DNA of 63,992 bases, filler included, from Chiloscyllium plagiosum (Eukaryota), in NCBI RefSeq assembly GCF_004010195.1. It is 4 parts of 2 records of this genome, joined end to end, with 100 filler letters (N's around TTAATTAATTAA, not from the genome) between each part and the next. Parts side by side here need not be neighbours in the genome. Positions count along the whole stretch, not along the records: positions 61,464 to 63,992 come from NC_057711.1; 3 more parts are not named here. One strand, 5' to 3'. The notes beneath the pieces are model-generated. The model was not told where the DNA came from and did not search any database. It worked only from the letters and a program-made list of their open reading frames with translations. Shown here piece by piece: positions 62,760 to 63,992 of this stretch. Positions within the stretch are counted from its first letter, which is position 1. Each line of letters begins with the position of its first letter. Position numbers and translations under genes: made by a program.

Positions 62760-63245
62760 TTGTCATCGAGTCACACAGCATGGAAACAGGCCTTCAGCTC
62801 AATTCGTCCATACCAACCAGGTATCCCAAACTACTCCCATTTGCCTGCACTTGGCCCATATCCCTCTAAACCTTTCCTACTCATGTACATGCCCAAACTT
62901 CTTTTAAATGTTGTATTGTACCCACTTCCTCCGGCAGATCATTCCATAAATACACCACAATTTTCTTTCCTCTTACCTTAACCCAATGCCCCTCTAGTTC
63001 TGCACTCCCTGACCCTGGGAAAAAGACCTTGGCTATTCACCCTACCCATGCCCCTCATGATTTTATAAACCTCCCTAAGGTCATCCCTCTGCCTCATATA
63101 TTCCGGGGATAAAAATCCCAGTCTATCCAGCCTCTCCTTATAACTCAAGACTTCCAGTCTCAGTAACATTCTTGTAAATCTTTTTCGCACTCTTCCCAGT
63201 TCAATAACATTCTTCTTACAGCAGGGCGACTGGAATTGTACTCAA
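62760..63245 (-). mobile_element. CR1 LINE 3' fragment
   Basis: RKRFTRMLLRLEVLSYKERLDRLG. Confidence 0.88.
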
Positions 63246-63419
63246 TCAGAGTAATTTATCGCACATTCAGGACTAGTCAGAAAATGCTGTCCAATTATGG
63301 AATTCTATCTAATATCTGTGCAGTGAAATTTGCAATGTGGGCTAGCTGGTTATGTGAACAGCTGAAGGGAGGTATTGTTTGATATGCTCTGCCAATCTCT
63401 GTTGCCATACATCCCTGGT

Positions 63420-63562
63420 GCATTCCCCATGGTAACACCTCTACTTATCAGAGTCACTTGCCAATCAGCCAGCACTCTCCTCTCATACCATACCAATGTT
63501 TGTATTTCTTGTGAATTGTCCTGATGAGGGAAAAATGAGAAGCTTCAACGAAACATGTCTTT
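63420..63562 (+). mobile_element. Probable PLE pseudo-LTR (family D) with degenerate hammerhead
   Basis: TTGTC-CTGATGA-GGGAAAAAT-GAGA-AGCT-TC-AACGAA (63516-63553). Confidence 0.5.
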
Positions 63563-63566
63563 TACA

Positions 63567-63652
63567 CCACACAGACAGTCACCCAAGTCTGGAATTGAAC
63601 CCAGGTCCCTGGTGCAGTGGGGCAGCAGTGCTAACCACTGAGCCACTGTGCC
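63567..63652 (-). mobile_element. HE1 SINE 5' fragment
   Basis: tRNA-like head only. Confidence 0.8.
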
Positions 63653-63769
63653 AACCTAGTTATCATCAGTGCCTGGTCAATATTCATCCCTTGCTCTAAA
63701 TCAGAAACAAATCAGGTCCACTTCAACATACTGCTAAAAGTGCTTTAGGATAACCTGAGATCACTAAGG

Positions 63770-63992
63770 ACACTGTATCATTGCAAATATTTCTTAGCAT
63801 TATTATGGTGAAGAGAAGTAATGGCAGAAGAATTAAATGGGTACTTCAGATCTGTGTTCACTGGGGAAGACACAAGCAATCTCCCCGAGGTAACAGTGGC
63901 TGAAGGACCTGAACTTAAGGGAATTTATATTTGCCAGGATTTGGTGTTGGAGAGACTTTTAGGTCTGAAGGTTGATAAGTCCCCGGGGCCTG
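63770..63992 (+). mobile_element. CR1 LINE ORF2 fragment running off the window
   Basis: MAEELNGYFRSVFTGEDT...LLGLKVDKSPGP. Confidence 0.9.

Noticed and set aside
1..63992. CRISPR arrays or prokaryotic operons
   Set aside because: The DNA is eukaryotic with spliceosomal introns. The recurring motifs are dispersed TEs, not regularly spaced repeat-spacer units.

Overview
Repeat-rich vertebrate DNA, almost certainly an elasmobranch (shark), inferred from HE1/V-SINEs, HER1-like CR1 LINEs and a SacSINE/DeuSINE-like element. The only host gene I can support is HTRA3 (HtrA serine peptidase 3) on the minus strand. Five internal exons (2-6; 100, 226, 195, 33 and 115 bp) lie between 23593 and 34747 with canonical GT-AG sites and an intact His/Asp/Ser catalytic triad. 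Exon 1 (IGFBP/Kazal) and the PDZ exons 7-9 were not found by eye. The rest is intronic or intergenic and dominated by mobile elements: a decayed, full-span Gypsy LTR element (1919-10199) with nested insertions, many CR1 fragments, HE1 SINEs, a Harbinger transposase fossil, a Tigger7/MER44-like MITE, and at least four Penelope-like retroelement (PLE) families. The most striking non-genic signal is that each PLE family carries a minimal type-I hammerhead ribozyme motif, often in short or inverted mini-elements. Two TALE/Hox motif-dense non-coding blocks are candidate enhancers. Three 100-bp N44-TTAATTAATTAA-N44 spacers are assembly linkers, so adjacency across them is unverified. Repeat boundaries are approximate, read by eye.
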